From assembly GCF_056712565.1 (NCBI RefSeq), contig NZ_CM160072.1: DNA of 64,000 nt. One strand, 5' to 3'. Positions 31,708 through 50,884 of this stretch are shown here, piece by piece. Positions within the stretch are counted from its first letter, which is position 1. Every line of letters begins with the position of its first letter. The notes beneath the pieces are model-generated. The model made no database searches, was not told where the DNA came from, and saw nothing but the letters and a program-made list of their open reading frames with translations. The position numbers and the translations under genes were made by a program.

Positions 31708-33009
31708 ATGAAAAAACTGTTTATCCAGTTTTACCTGTTATTGTTTGTCTGCTTCCTTGTGATGTCTCTGCTGGTCGGGCTGGTGTACAAATTTACCGCC
31801 GAACGCGCAGGCAAACAGTCGCTGGATGATTTGATGAACAGTTCGCTGTATCTGATGCGCAGCGAATTGCGTGAGATCCCCCCACACGACTGGGGTAAGA
31901 CGCTGAAAGAGATGGATTTAAATCTCTCTTTCGATCTGCGTGTCGAGCCACTGAGTAAATACCATCTTGATGATATTTCCATGCACCGGCTGCGTGGCGG
32001 CGAAATTGTCGCTCTGGACGATCAGTACACTTTTTTGCAACGTATCCCGCGCAGCCACTACGTGCTGGCAGTTGGTCCTGTTCCTTATCTTTATTACCTC
32101 CATCAGATGCGATTGCTGGATATCGCCCTGATCGCTTTTATTGCCATTTCCCTCGCCTTTCCGGTGTTTATCTGGATGCGTCCGCACTGGCAGGATATGT
32201 TAAAACTGGAAGCAGCGGCGCAACGATTTGGCGATGGGCATCTCAGTGAGCGTATCCACTTTGATGAAGGTTCGAGCTTTGAACGACTTGGCGTCGCATT
32301 TAACCAGATGGCGGACAATATCAACGCCTTGATTGCCAGCAAAAAACAGCTTATTGACGGTATCGCTCACGAACTGCGAACACCGTTAGTGCGCCTGCGT
32401 TATCGACTGGAGATGAGCGATAACCTGAGCGCCGCCGAATCCCAGGCGTTGAATCGCGATATCAGTCAACTTGAAGCTTTAATTGAAGAGCTGCTGACTT
32501 ATGCCCGACTCGACCGCCCACAAAATGAGCTTCATCTTAGCGAACCAGACCTGCCGTTGTGGCTGTCAACGCATCTGGCAGATATTCAGGCAGTAACGCC
32601 CGATAAAACGGTACGGATAAAAACGCTCGCGCAAGGCCATTATGCTGCGTTGGATATGCGCTTAATGGAGCGCGTGCTGGATAATTTGCTCAATAACGCC
32701 CTGCGCTACTGTCACTCAACGGTTGAAACCAGCCTGCTACTGTCGGGGAATAGAGCGACATTAATTGTTGAGGATGATGGCCCAGGGATTGCCCCAGAAA
32801 ACCGCGAACATATCTTTGAACCTTTTGTTCGCCTCGATCCCAGCCGGGATCGCTCAACCGGCGGCTGCGGGCTGGGGCTGGCCATTGTCCACTCTATAGC
32901 ACTGGCAATGGGCGGTACGGTTAATTGTGACACCAGCGAACTGGGTGGTGCCCGCTTCTCGTTCAGCTGGCCGTTATGGCATAACATCCCGCAATTTACC
33001 TCTGCCTGA
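31708..33009 (+). CDS. rstB: Sensor histidine kinase RstB
   Basis: 433 aa; two TMS, HAMP, H-box HELRTPL, ATPase G-box GLGLAIV. Confidence 0.9.
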   Translation: MKKLFIQFYLLLFVCFLVMSLLVGLVYKFTAERAGKQSLDDLMNSSLYLMRSELREIPPHDWGKTLKEMDLNLSFDLRVEPLSKYHLDDISMHRLRGGEIVALDDQYTFLQRIPRSHYVLAVGPVPYLYYLHQMRLLDIALIAFIAISLAFPVFIWMRPHWQDMLKLEAAAQRFGDGHLSERIHFDEGSSFERLGVAFNQMADNINALIASKKQLIDGIAHELRTPLVRLRYRLEMSDNLSAAESQALNRDISQLEALIEELLTYARLDRPQNELHLSEPDLPLWLSTHLADIQAVTPDKTVRIKTLAQGHYAALDMRLMERVLDNLLNNALRYCHSTVETSLLLSGNRATLIVEDDGPGIAPENREHIFEPFVRLDPSRDRSTGGCGLGLAIVHSIALAMGGTVNCDTSELGGARFSFSWPLWHNIPQFTSA

Positions 33010-33051
33010 CACTATGCGCACGGTGGTCAAGTCACCACCATTGTGCTATAA

Positions 33052-35414
<2,363 letters not shown>

Positions 35415-35523
35415 GGCCTGCTCCTCACCTGATTAATTTTTTCTTTCTGTTTTGCTTTCGTTAAGCAACTTTTAGCTCACTCATTATTTACCATTTGATA
35501 ACAAACGTTTGGTCTTTCGTGCC

Positions 35524-35552
35524 ATGTAAAAAAACCGCCCCGAAGGGCGGCT
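35524..35552 (-). terminator. Rho-independent terminator downstream of fumA
   Basis: Minus-strand hairpin gccgcccttcggggcgg followed by a T-run (plus strand aaaaaaaccgccccgaagggcggc). Confidence 0.55.
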
Positions 35553-35556
35553 CTGT

Positions 35557-37203
35557 TTATTTCACACAGCGGGTGCATTGTGTGAGTTGTATCTGCTGGA
35601 AGAAGTCATTTCCTTTATCATCCACAAGGATAAACGCCGGGAAATCTTCCACTTCAATTTTCCAGATGGCTTCCATTCCTAGTTCCGGATATTCAACACA
35701 TTCCAGGCTCTTAATACTTCCCTGCGCCAATACAGCTGCCGGACCACCGATACTGCCGAGGTAGAAGCCGCCGTGTTTTTTACAGGCATCCGTCACCTGC
35801 TGGCTGCGGTTGCCTTTCGCCAGCATGATCATACTTCCGCCCTGCGCTTGCAGTTGATCGACATAAGAATCCATCCGTCCGGCGGTCGTTGGGCCAAGAG
35901 AACCGGAGGCATAACCTTCCGGCGTTTTGGCCGGACCCGCGTAGTAAATCGGATGATCTTTAATGTACTGCGGCAGCCCTTCACCGTTATCCATCCGCTC
36001 TTTCAGTTTGGCGTGAGCAATATCACGACCGACGATAATCGTGCCGTTAAGCGATAAGCGTGTAGAAACGGGATACTGCGACAACTGTGCGAGGATCTCT
36101 TTCATCGGACGGTTGAGGTCAACGCGCACCGCTTCGCCTTCTCCTGCTTTGCGCAGCTCTTCCGGGATATATTTGCCTGGATTATGTTCCAGTTTTTCGA
36201 TCCAGATCCCCTGACGGTTGATCTTCGCTTTGATATTACGGTCAGCAGAACAGGAGACGCCCATACCGACCGGGCAGGATGCGCCGTGACGTGGCAGGCG
36301 AATCACGCGGATGTCATGAGCGAAGTATTTACCACCAAACTGCGCACCCAGACCAAGATTTTGCGCTTCGATCAGCAATTCTTTTTCCAGTTCCACATCG
36401 CGGAACGCCTGACCGTGCTCATTCCCTTCCGTTGGCAGTTCATCATAGTATTTAGCGGAAGCGAGTTTCACCGTTTTAAGATTCGTTTCTGCAGAAGTTC
36501 CACCAATAACGAACGCAATATGATACGGAGGACAGGCCGCCGTACCCAGCGTGCGCATCTTCTCAACCAGGTAATTTTTCAGTTTTCCCGGCGTCAGTAA
36601 CGCTTTGGTTTCCTGATAGAGATACGTCTTGTTTGCCGAACCGCCACCTTTGGCGATACAGAGGAATTTGTACTCGTCGCCATCAACGGCATAAAGATCG
36701 ATCTGCGCTGGCAAGTTGGTGCCGGTATTCACCTCTTTATACATATCCAGCGGCGCGTTTTGCGAGTAGCGCAGATTATCCTCGATATAAGTGTTATAAA
36801 CACCGCGCGCCAGCGCTGCTTCATCACCGCCACCGGTCCATACACGCTGCCCTTTTTTACCAACAATAATCGCGGTGCCGGTATCCTGACAGGTTGGCAG
36901 AACGCCTTTTGCCGCGATGTCGGAGTTACGCAGAAATTGCAGCGCCACATATTTATCATTTTCGCTGGCCTCCGGGTCACGCAGAATGTCGGCCACCTGT
37001 TGTTGGTGAGCCGGACGCAGCATAAATGACGCATCATGAAACGCCTGACGCGCCAACAGAGTTAACGCTTCGGGTGCGACTTTCAAAATCTCCTGCCCTT
37101 CAAATTCAGATACGCTAACGTGTTCGCTGGTTAGCAGGTAATACTCAGTATCATCTTTTTTGAGTGGAAAAGGAGCCTGATAATGAAAGGGTTTGTTTGA
37201 CAT
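35557..37203 (-). CDS. fumA: Class I (Fe-S) fumarate hydratase FumA
   Basis: 548 aa; class I fumarase N- and C-terminal catalytic domains. Confidence 0.9.
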   Translation of the reverse strand: MSNKPFHYQAPFPLKKDDTEYYLLTSEHVSVSEFEGQEILKVAPEALTLLARQAFHDASFMLRPAHQQQVADILRDPEASENDKYVALQFLRNSDIAAKGVLPTCQDTGTAIIVGKKGQRVWTGGGDEAALARGVYNTYIEDNLRYSQNAPLDMYKEVNTGTNLPAQIDLYAVDGDEYKFLCIAKGGGSANKTYLYQETKALLTPGKLKNYLVEKMRTLGTAACPPYHIAFVIGGTSAETNLKTVKLASAKYYDELPTEGNEHGQAFRDVELEKELLIEAQNLGLGAQFGGKYFAHDIRVIRLPRHGASCPVGMGVSCSADRNIKAKINRQGIWIEKLEHNPGKYIPEELRKAGEGEAVRVDLNRPMKEILAQLSQYPVSTRLSLNGTIIVGRDIAHAKLKERMDNGEGLPQYIKDHPIYYAGPAKTPEGYASGSLGPTTAGRMDSYVDQLQAQGGSMIMLAKGNRSQQVTDACKKHGGFYLGSIGGPAAVLAQGSIKSLECVEYPELGMEAIWKIEVEDFPAFILVDDKGNDFFQQIQLTQCTRCVK

Positions 37204-37401
37204 TGTTCTCTCACTTACTGCCTGGTTTGGTTATGCTCTGGGCGGGTGTTCCGTTGCCCTGTTAAAAGCGAGTAACAATATCCTACACACTTTTTTAACA
37301 AAAACTGAGACTAGTACGACTTTTTGCGGCTCCAGGTTACTTCCCGTAGGATTCTTGCTTTAATAGCGGGATTAATTTCCACATTAAAACAGGGATTGAT
37401 C

Positions 37402-38577
37402 ATGCAAAAACTCATTAACTCAGTGCAAAACTATGCCTGGGGCAGCAAAACGGCGTTGACTGAACTTTATGGTATGGAAAATCCGTCCAGCCAGCCGATG
37501 GCCGAGTTGTGGATGGGCGCGCATCCAAAGAGCAGTTCACGTGTGCACGATGCCACAGGAGATATCGTTTCACTGCGTGATGTGATTGAGAGTGATAAAG
37601 CGACTCTTTTGGGAGATGCCGTTGCCAAACGCTTTGGCGAGTTGCCTTTCCTGTTCAAAGTATTATGCGCAGCCCAGCCGCTCTCCATTCAGGTTCATCC
37701 AAACAAACGCAATTCTGAAATCGGTTTTGCCAAAGAAAATGCTGCAGGTATTCCGATGGATGCCGCTGAGCGTAACTATAAAGATCCTAATCACAAGCCT
37801 GAGCTGGTTTTCGCCCTGACCCCTTTCCTCGCGATGAACGCGTTTCGTGAGTTTTCCGAGATTGTCTCCCTGCTCCAGCCGGTCGCAGGTGCACATCCGG
37901 CGATTGCTCACTTTTTACAACAGCCTGATGCCGAACGTTTAAGCGAACTGTTCGCCAGCCTGTTGAATATGCAGGGTGAAGAAAAATCCCGCGCGCTGGC
38001 GATTTTAAAATCGGCCCTCGACAGCCAGCAGGGTGAACCATGGCAAACGATTCGTTTAATTTCTGAATTTTACCCGGAAGACAGCGGTCTGTTCTCCCCG
38101 CTGTTGCTGAATGTGGTGAAATTGAATCCTGGCGAAGCGATGTTCCTGTTCGCTGAAACACCGCACGCTTACCTGCAAGGCGTGGCGCTGGAAGTGATGG
38201 CGAACTCCGATAACGTGCTGCGTGCAGGTCTGACGCCTAAATACATTGATATTCCGGAACTGGTTGCCAACGTGAAGTTCGAAGCCAAACCGGCTAACCA
38301 GTTGTTGACCCAGCCGGTGAAACAAGGTGCAGAACTGGACTTCCCGATTCCTGTGGATGATTTTGCCTTCTCGTTGCATGACCTTAGTGATAAAGAAACC
38401 ACCATCAGCCAGCAGAGTGCCGCCATTTTGTTCTGCGTCGAAGGCGATGCAACGCTGTGTAAAGGTTCTCAGCAGTTACAGCTTAAACCGGGTGAATCAG
38501 CGTTTATTGCCGCCAACGAATCACCGGTGACTGTCAAAGGCCACGGCCGTTTAGCGCGTGTTTACAACAAGCTGTAA
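37402..38577 (+). CDS. manA: Mannose-6-phosphate isomerase, type I
   Basis: 391 aa from ATG at 37402 (MQKLINSVQNYAWGSKTALTELYG); PMI cupin fold. Confidence 0.9.
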   Translation: MQKLINSVQNYAWGSKTALTELYGMENPSSQPMAELWMGAHPKSSSRVHDATGDIVSLRDVIESDKATLLGDAVAKRFGELPFLFKVLCAAQPLSIQVHPNKRNSEIGFAKENAAGIPMDAAERNYKDPNHKPELVFALTPFLAMNAFREFSEIVSLLQPVAGAHPAIAHFLQQPDAERLSELFASLLNMQGEEKSRALAILKSALDSQQGEPWQTIRLISEFYPEDSGLFSPLLLNVVKLNPGEAMFLFAETPHAYLQGVALEVMANSDNVLRAGLTPKYIDIPELVANVKFEAKPANQLLTQPVKQGAELDFPIPVDDFAFSLHDLSDKETTISQQSAAILFCVEGDATLCKGSQQLQLKPGESAFIAANESPVTVKGHGRLARVYNKL

Positions 38578-38637
38578 GAGCTTACTGAAAAAATTAACAT
38601 CTCTTGCTAAGCTTATTAAAGGCTTATAACACCTTCA

Positions 38638-38665
38638 GGCGGCCAGTCCGCCTGATTTCATTTTA
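38638..38665 (+). terminator. Weak hairpin plus T-rich stretch after manA
   Basis: aggcggccagtccgcct followed by gatttcatttt. Confidence 0.3.
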
Positions 38666-38677
38666 TGGATAATCATT

Positions 38678-40186
38678 ATGAATAAATCGCTGGTAGCGGT
38701 AGGCGTCATTGTTGCGCTAGGCGTAGTCTGGACAGGCGGCGCATGGTATACAGGCAAGAAGATTGAAACCCATCTCGAAGACATGGTCGCGCAGGCGAAC
38801 GCGCAACTCAAACTGACAGCTCCTGAATCCAACCTGGAAGTCAGTTATCAAAACTATCATCGCGGCGTATTCAGCAGCCAGTTGCAACTGTTGGTGAAAC
38901 CCATTGCCGGAAAAGTAAATCCGTGGATTAAAAGCGGTCAGAGCGTCATCTTCAACGAATCGGTTGATCATGGTCCCTTCCCGCTTGCCCAGCTTAAAAA
39001 ACTGAACCTGATCCCGTCGATGGCATCAATTCAAACCACGCTGGTTAATAACGAAGTAAGCAAACCACTGTTTGATATGGCAAAAGGTGAAACGCCTTTT
39101 GAGATTAACTCCCGCATTGGTTACAGCGGAGATTCCAGTTCCGACATTTCGCTCAAGCCACTGAATTACGAGCAAAAGGATGAAAAAGTCGCCTTTAGCG
39201 GCGGCGAGTTCCAGTTAAATGCAGACAGAGACGGCAAAGCTATCTCCCTTTCCGGGGAGGCGCAAAGTGGTCGGATAGACGCGGTTAACGAATACAACCA
39301 GAAAGTGCAGTTAACCTTTAATAATCTGAAAACCGACGGTTCCAGCACGCTGGCAAGTTTTGGTGAGCGCGTAGGAAACCAAAAACTGTCGCTGGAAAAA
39401 ATGACCATTTCAGTGGAGGGCAAAGAACTGGCACTGCTGGAAGGCATGGAGATCAGCGGTAAATCGGATCTGGTCAATGACGGTAAAACGGTCAATAGCC
39501 AACTGGATTACTCGCTAAACAGCCTGAAGGTACAGAATCAGGATCTGGGCAGTGGCAAGCTGACTTTAAAAGTCGGCCAAATTGATGGCGAAGCCTGGCA
39601 TCAGTTTAGCCAGCAATATAACGCACAAACTCAGGCGCTGCTGGCACAGCCAGAAATTGCCAACAATCCCGAACTTTATCAGGAGAAAGTGACGGAAGCC
39701 TTCTTTAGCGCTCTGCCGCTGATGCTGAAAGGCGATCCGGTGATTACTATCGCGCCGCTAAGCTGGAAAAACAGTCAGGGTGAAAGTGCGCTGAATCTGT
39801 CGCTGTTCCTGAAAGATCCGGCAACGACTAAAGAAGCGCCGCAAACGCTGGCGCAGGAAGTGGACCGCTCGGTTAAATCTCTGGATGCGAAACTGACCAT
39901 TCCGGTGGATATGGCAACTGAGTTGATGACTCAGGTAGCGAAGCTGGAAGGTTATCAGGAAGATCAAGCGAAAAAACTGGCGAAACAGCAAGTTGAAGGT
40001 GCATCAGCAATGGGGCAGATGTTCCGTCTGACCACCTTGCAGGACAATACCATCACCACCAGCCTGCAATATGCTAACGGTCAGATAACGTTAAACGGGC
40101 AGAAAATGCCACTGGAAGATTTCGTGGGTATGTTTGCGATGCCGGCATTAAACGTTCCGGCTGTACCCGCTATTCCGCAGCAGTAA
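38678..40186 (+). CDS. ydgA: DUF945-family periplasmic/membrane-anchored protein YdgA
   Basis: 502 aa; N-terminal signal anchor MNKSLVAVGVIVALGVVWTGGAWY. Confidence 0.85.
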   Translation: MNKSLVAVGVIVALGVVWTGGAWYTGKKIETHLEDMVAQANAQLKLTAPESNLEVSYQNYHRGVFSSQLQLLVKPIAGKVNPWIKSGQSVIFNESVDHGPFPLAQLKKLNLIPSMASIQTTLVNNEVSKPLFDMAKGETPFEINSRIGYSGDSSSDISLKPLNYEQKDEKVAFSGGEFQLNADRDGKAISLSGEAQSGRIDAVNEYNQKVQLTFNNLKTDGSSTLASFGERVGNQKLSLEKMTISVEGKELALLEGMEISGKSDLVNDGKTVNSQLDYSLNSLKVQNQDLGSGKLTLKVGQIDGEAWHQFSQQYNAQTQALLAQPEIANNPELYQEKVTEAFFSALPLMLKGDPVITIAPLSWKNSQGESALNLSLFLKDPATTKEAPQTLAQEVDRSVKSLDAKLTIPVDMATELMTQVAKLEGYQEDQAKKLAKQQVEGASAMGQMFRLTTLQDNTITTSLQYANGQITLNGQKMPLEDFVGMFAMPALNVPAVPAIPQQ

Positions 40187-40196
40187 TTCACAGCCA

Positions 40197-40229
40197 AAAC
40201 GCCGGAGATTTTTCTCTCCGGCGTTTTTT
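40197..40229. terminator. Bidirectional rho-independent terminator between convergent ydgA and uidC
   Basis: aaaacgccggagatttttctctccggcgtttttt: stem flanked by an A-run and a T-run. Confidence 0.6.
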
Positions 40230-40230
40230 C

Positions 40231-41496
40231 TTACTTCAGCATAAAGTCATACTGAATACTCATTTTCACATCCCAGTAATTCAGGCGATCGCCCAGCGTA
40301 CTGCCATCGCGCTTTTCCCGCCCTTTATCGGCAGCAAGAAAGAAATTCATCCCTTGTAACGGCCCTTCGCTGACCCGATAGTTCATACCCCCTAAGATAC
40401 CCGCGCCTTCAATCCGCACATCTCGTTTACTGGATTCATAGCCGCGGGTCACAATCGGTGCAAATGTCAGCGTAAATTGCGGAGTTAAACGATAGTTGAC
40501 GCCCAATTGCCAGGACTGCATTCCTTCACGGTTACGATCAAGACTTAATGAAAAGGGATAGCCAATGTCGGTATCCACCACGGCACCATTCATTGCATGG
40601 CGCAAATAACCACCACTGCCAAATACGCTTCCCCACGGCGCATTCCAGGTCAATTGTCCACTAACTAACGCCGTTTCATTGGGCTGGCTGGTATTACGAC
40701 TTAAACCTTCAAGTTGCGCGTAAAAGCCGAGCAACTCCCCTTTCAACGTATAATTCGGGTCAAGCGGTATGCTTTTCTCGAGAATACTTTGTATCTGATT
40801 GGAAACATCTTTCTGTACCGATGCCCCCAGAGAATAGCGACTGGTATCATCATGCCAACTGGCGGCTAAAAAAGAACGTGCGCGATGTTTATCGTATTTT
40901 CCCGTCTGGCTGTTATAAACCCCTTCATCACGAATACCGGTTGTTGAATCGGTCCATAAAAATACTCGTGAACGCCACATTCCCCACAGATCAATATTTG
41001 GCGTTAAAGCCCAATAACCTAATGCTCCTTCAGAAACAGTCGGTAATGTACGTTGCGAACTGCCAGCCATTAACGGAATACGATAAGGTAAGCTACCATA
41101 ACTATAATCCGTCCCGAAGCGACCTAATTTTAGCAGGCTATTTTCACTGGGTTTTATTTTTACTGTCCCCAGGGCAAAGCCAAAACTTTTATCACCATCA
41201 AGATACCACCGGGTACTCATATCAGCACGAGCACCTAATTTATAAACATAATACGCCCCGCCTTCAACGCCAATAATATTGGAATAATAACCACTATTGA
41301 AATCGAGCAATCCTCCCTGTACCCATGCGTAAATATCTCTTCCCGTGCCAGCACTGGGCTTATCAGCCCTGCGTAATTCGTTTTTCAGTCTGATGCGTAG
41401 TCCCGCTTCATCGTCAGCCGGTTGCGCCGCGTAAGCAGAGGTAAGGCCAGAGGCAGCCGTCAGGCAAATAACGGCCATGGCCACTATTTTTCTCAT
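40231..41496 (-). CDS. uidC: Outer-membrane glucuronide-uptake porin UidC
   Basis: 421 aa; signal peptide MRKIVAMAVICLTAASGLTSAYA; ends in aromatic residues as in OM beta-barrels. Confidence 0.85.
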   Translation of the reverse strand: MRKIVAMAVICLTAASGLTSAYAAQPADDEAGLRIRLKNELRRADKPSAGTGRDIYAWVQGGLLDFNSGYYSNIIGVEGGAYYVYKLGARADMSTRWYLDGDKSFGFALGTVKIKPSENSLLKLGRFGTDYSYGSLPYRIPLMAGSSQRTLPTVSEGALGYWALTPNIDLWGMWRSRVFLWTDSTTGIRDEGVYNSQTGKYDKHRARSFLAASWHDDTSRYSLGASVQKDVSNQIQSILEKSIPLDPNYTLKGELLGFYAQLEGLSRNTSQPNETALVSGQLTWNAPWGSVFGSGGYLRHAMNGAVVDTDIGYPFSLSLDRNREGMQSWQLGVNYRLTPQFTLTFAPIVTRGYESSKRDVRIEGAGILGGMNYRVSEGPLQGMNFFLAADKGREKRDGSTLGDRLNYWDVKMSIQYDFMLK

Positions 41497-41534
41497 AGTT
41501 GCACCTTTGATGTTCTGATTATTTTTATTGAATA

Positions 41535-44767
<3,233 letters not shown>

Positions 44768-45105
44768 TTAACCAATTCTGTGTTGCACACAGTTATCTGT
44801 GAGAAACCCATGGAAGAGAAATGGAAATAAAAAGAACTGACACCGCGATCAAAAAACCAAAAACTGCAATACCCACAGCGTGATATTGATCGCATTAATC
44901 TTTAAAACAGCGTTGACAGAAGCCACAAAATAAGCAATCGAACGTTCGTTCGAACATATTGGGAGCGATAAACCCTCATGATATATTGCTACGATGAATA
45001 TTTAGGTGGGATTCTCCGATCCCTGGGAGGATGATTTTTGCACAGAGAAATTACGATATGAAACGCGGGCTCAGTTGTCACCAGCCCGCGGAAAGAGAGA
45101 GAGGA

Positions 45106-45696
45106 TCAGGATGCGGTTAATATACCGCCAATCATCGCGCGTAATCCCTGAGCAAACGACGCTTCACGCGCCAGATCTTCCGCTTCGATATCGGCCAGTA
45201 CACCGTAGGTCAGATCCAGCAGTAAACGTGAAGTCATTGCCGTGTTGATATCTGGGCTTATCTCGCCTTTTTGCTGGGCATCACGCATCCGCTGGGCAAC
45301 AAATTCCGTGATCGTCATATGCTTATTTTTAAGCATGGCGGCGACCTGTGGGTTACGCATCCCTTCCGCCATAATTTCGACCACCAGCGCTCGTTGCCCA
45401 AAGGCTTCATGGGTGAGAGAGACAATAGACTCGACCATATAGTCAACGAAATGAATCCCTTCAATCGGTTCCCGGAAACGGGCCAGCGCCCTCTCCTGGT
45501 CCTGTAAGATAATCGCCTGAATCAAGGCTTCTTTGGAGATGAAATGGTGATAGAGCGTCCCGGGACTAATGGCGCAGGATTTACAGATGGCTTTCATCGA
45601 GGCACTGTGAAATCCATTTTCTGAAAAAATCTCTCTGGCAGCATTGAGGATCCGGGTCCGTGTCGGTTGTGCTTCAGTCTGCATGTTATCCATCAT
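45106..45696 (-). CDS. uidR: TetR-family repressor of the uid operon
   Basis: 196 aa; N-terminal TetR HTH (RTRILNAAREIFSENGFHSASMKAICKSCAISPGTLYHHF). Confidence 0.85.
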   Translation of the reverse strand: MMDNMQTEAQPTRTRILNAAREIFSENGFHSASMKAICKSCAISPGTLYHHFISKEALIQAIILQDQERALARFREPIEGIHFVDYMVESIVSLTHEAFGQRALVVEIMAEGMRNPQVAAMLKNKHMTITEFVAQRMRDAQQKGEISPDINTAMTSRLLLDLTYGVLADIEAEDLAREASFAQGLRAMIGGILTAS

Positions 45697-45804
45697 TAAA
45701 CCATTATAGTTAGCATGAATAACTAGTTTACCGCGTTGTCAGGTGAGCGCCTATCATTGCTGTTGAATAGTGCGAAGGCACACTCAATTCGTAAGCTTTT
45801 TATC

Positions 45805-45828
45805 CGGCTATTGGTTAACCAATAGCCG
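45805..45828. promoter_or_regulatory. Perfect 24-bp palindrome cggctattggttaaccaatagccg upstream of uidR; candidate operator
   Basis: Sequence equals its own reverse complement; ~110 bp upstream of the uidR start and ~120 bp downstream of the hdhA stop. Confidence 0.4.
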
Positions 45829-45924
45829 TGATTTGGCTGCCAGTTGTTTAGCAGAGACGTTGACGAGTTGCACACGCTATCCCGGTAAACAACACATACG
45901 GCTGTTTACCGGTTCGTTAGTGTA

Positions 45925-46692
45925 TTAATTGAGTTCCTGTACCCCACCACCGGAGACGGTGAGAATTTGTCCGCTTACCCAGCTGGCTGCAGGCGAGCAA
46001 AGGAACAGCGCCGCGTTAGCAATATCTTGCGGTTGGCCCAGACGTCTGATTGGTGTGTGTTGCAACATTTTCTGTTCAATCTCTGGTGTAATAACGGATT
46101 TCAGGGCATCGGTTAATATTGCCCCCGGTGCAATGCCATTCACCCGAATATTTTTTTCACCCAGGTCAAACGCCATATTTCTGACCAGATGACTGGCCGC
46201 AGCTTTAGATGATGCATAGGAGGTCATGTTTATATTTTTATTTTCTGCCGCCATAGAAGTAATGGTCAGAATAACGCCACCGCCATTTTTTTCCATTTCT
46301 GGCGCAACAAGTTGTGACAGATGGAAAAAAGAAAATACATTCAGTTCATAAGCGCGGCGAAAATCTGCCATTGGCATATCAAACGGTTTAGGCCCACCGC
46401 CACCGGCGTTGTTAACCAGGATATCAACTTTACCCAACTTACTGACGGCAAAGTCTGCCAGTGCAGAGAGTTCCTGTTCGGAAGTAATATCGCAGCGGCA
46501 GGCAAATGCCTGACCACCCAGTTGTTGAATTTCATTTACAACATGATTAGCTGCATCGGCGTTAATATCACTGACCACCACAGATGCGCCAGCTGTCGCG
46601 AATGTAATGGCGATTTCTTTACCAATACCTGCACCCGCACCTGTAATGATGGCGCATTTTCCGTCGAGTCTCAGGTTGTCAGAATTAAACAC
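45925..46692 (-). CDS. hdhA: 7-alpha-hydroxysteroid dehydrogenase (SDR family)
   Basis: 255 aa; TGAGAGIG NAD fold; catalytic YASSKAAASHL. Confidence 0.9.
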   Translation of the reverse strand: MFNSDNLRLDGKCAIITGAGAGIGKEIAITFATAGASVVVSDINADAANHVVNEIQQLGGQAFACRCDITSEQELSALADFAVSKLGKVDILVNNAGGGGPKPFDMPMADFRRAYELNVFSFFHLSQLVAPEMEKNGGGVILTITSMAAENKNINMTSYASSKAAASHLVRNMAFDLGEKNIRVNGIAPGAILTDALKSVITPEIEQKMLQHTPIRRLGQPQDIANAALFLCSPAASWVSGQILTVSGGGVQELN

Positions 46693-46803
46693 ATAAACCT
46701 CCTGTGAACTTCAGTAAAAATAAAAGGCACCGCCTGTGTGCCACATTTTTTATCATTAACCTTGAGGAAAGGACACTACCAGGTATAGCAGATAAAGAGA
46801 GGA

Positions 46804-47910
<1,107 letters not shown>

Positions 47911-47930
47911 TGTAATGTGATTTATGCCTA

Positions 47931-47971
<41 letters not shown>

Positions 47972-47972
47972 T

Positions 47973-49599
<1,627 letters not shown>

Positions 49600-49608
49600 G
49601 GATAAGAT

Positions 49609-50781
49609 ATGTTCGATTTTTCAAAGGTCGTGGATCGTCATGGCACATGGTGTACGCAGTGGGATTATGTCGCTGACCGTTTCGGCACTGCTGACCTGTT
49701 ACCGTTCACGATTTCAGACATGGATTTTGCCACTGCCCCCTGCATTATCGAGGCGCTGAATCAGCGCCTGATACACGGCGTGTTTGGCTACAGCCGCTGG
49801 AAAAACGATGAGTTTCTCGCGGCTATTGCCCACTGGTTTTCCACCCAGCATTACACCGCCATCGATCCTCAGTCGGTGGTGTATGGCCCTTCTGTTATCT
49901 ATATGGTTTCAGAACTGATTCGTCAGTGGTCTGAAACAGGTGAAGGCGTGGTGATCCACACACCCGCCTATGACGCATTTTACAAGGCCATTGAAGGTAA
50001 CCAGCGCACAGTAATGCCCGTTGCTTTAGAGAAGCAGCCTGACGGCTGGTTTTGCGATATGGGCAAGCTGGAAGCCGTGCTGGCGAAACCAGAATGTAAA
50101 ATTATGCTCCTGTGTAGCCCACAGAATCCTACCGGGAAAGTGTGGACGTGCGATGAGCTGGAGATCATGGCTGACCTGTGCGAGCGTCATGGTGTGCGGG
50201 TTATTTCCGATGAAATCCATATGGATATGGTTTGGGGCGAGCAGCCGCATATTCCCTGGAGTAATGTGGCGCGCGGAGACTGGGCGTTGCTAACGTCGGG
50301 ATCAAAAAGTTTCAATATTCCCGCCCTGACCGGTGCTTACGGGATTATAGAAAATAGCAGTAGCCGCGATGCCTATTTATCGGCACTGAAAGGACGTGAT
50401 GGGCTTTCTTCCCCTTCGGTACTGGCGTTAACTGCTCATATCGCCGCCTATCAGCAAGGCGCACCATGGCTGGATGCCTTACGCGTCTATCTGAAAGATA
50501 ACCTGACGTATATCGCAGATAAAATGAACGCTGCGTTTCCTGAACTCAACTGGCAGATCCCGCAATCCACTTATCTGGCCTGGCTTGATCTACGTCCGTT
50601 GAATATTGACGACAACGCGTTGCAAAAAGCGCTTATCGAGCAAGAAAAGATCGCGATCATGCCGGGATATACCTACGGTGAAGAAGGTCGTGGTTTTGTC
50701 CGACTCAATGCCGGCTGCCCACGTTCGAAACTGGAAAAAGGTGTGGCTGGATTAATTAACGCCATCCGCGCTGTTGGTTAA
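49609..50781 (+). CDS. malY: PLP-dependent cystathionine beta-lyase / MalT-antagonist MalY
   Basis: 390 aa; aminotransferase class I/II fold with Lys in SGSKSFN. Confidence 0.9.
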   Translation: MFDFSKVVDRHGTWCTQWDYVADRFGTADLLPFTISDMDFATAPCIIEALNQRLIHGVFGYSRWKNDEFLAAIAHWFSTQHYTAIDPQSVVYGPSVIYMVSELIRQWSETGEGVVIHTPAYDAFYKAIEGNQRTVMPVALEKQPDGWFCDMGKLEAVLAKPECKIMLLCSPQNPTGKVWTCDELEIMADLCERHGVRVISDEIHMDMVWGEQPHIPWSNVARGDWALLTSGSKSFNIPALTGAYGIIENSSSRDAYLSALKGRDGLSSPSVLALTAHIAAYQQGAPWLDALRVYLKDNLTYIADKMNAAFPELNWQIPQSTYLAWLDLRPLNIDDNALQKALIEQEKIAIMPGYTYGEEGRGFVRLNAGCPRSKLEKGVAGLINAIRAVG

Positions 50782-50884
50782 CCCCAATTGCGCAACGTAA
50801 AAAATCGTTGCGCAATCGTGGATTTTTACCCTGCTTTGTTTTTATAATGGTGCGCACTTTTATATCCAGAAAAAGAGTGCGACC

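Noticed and set aside
36184..37037. Several 78-138-aa ORFs antisense to fumA
   Set aside because: All lie inside the well-supported fumA coding region on the opposite strand; no start context.
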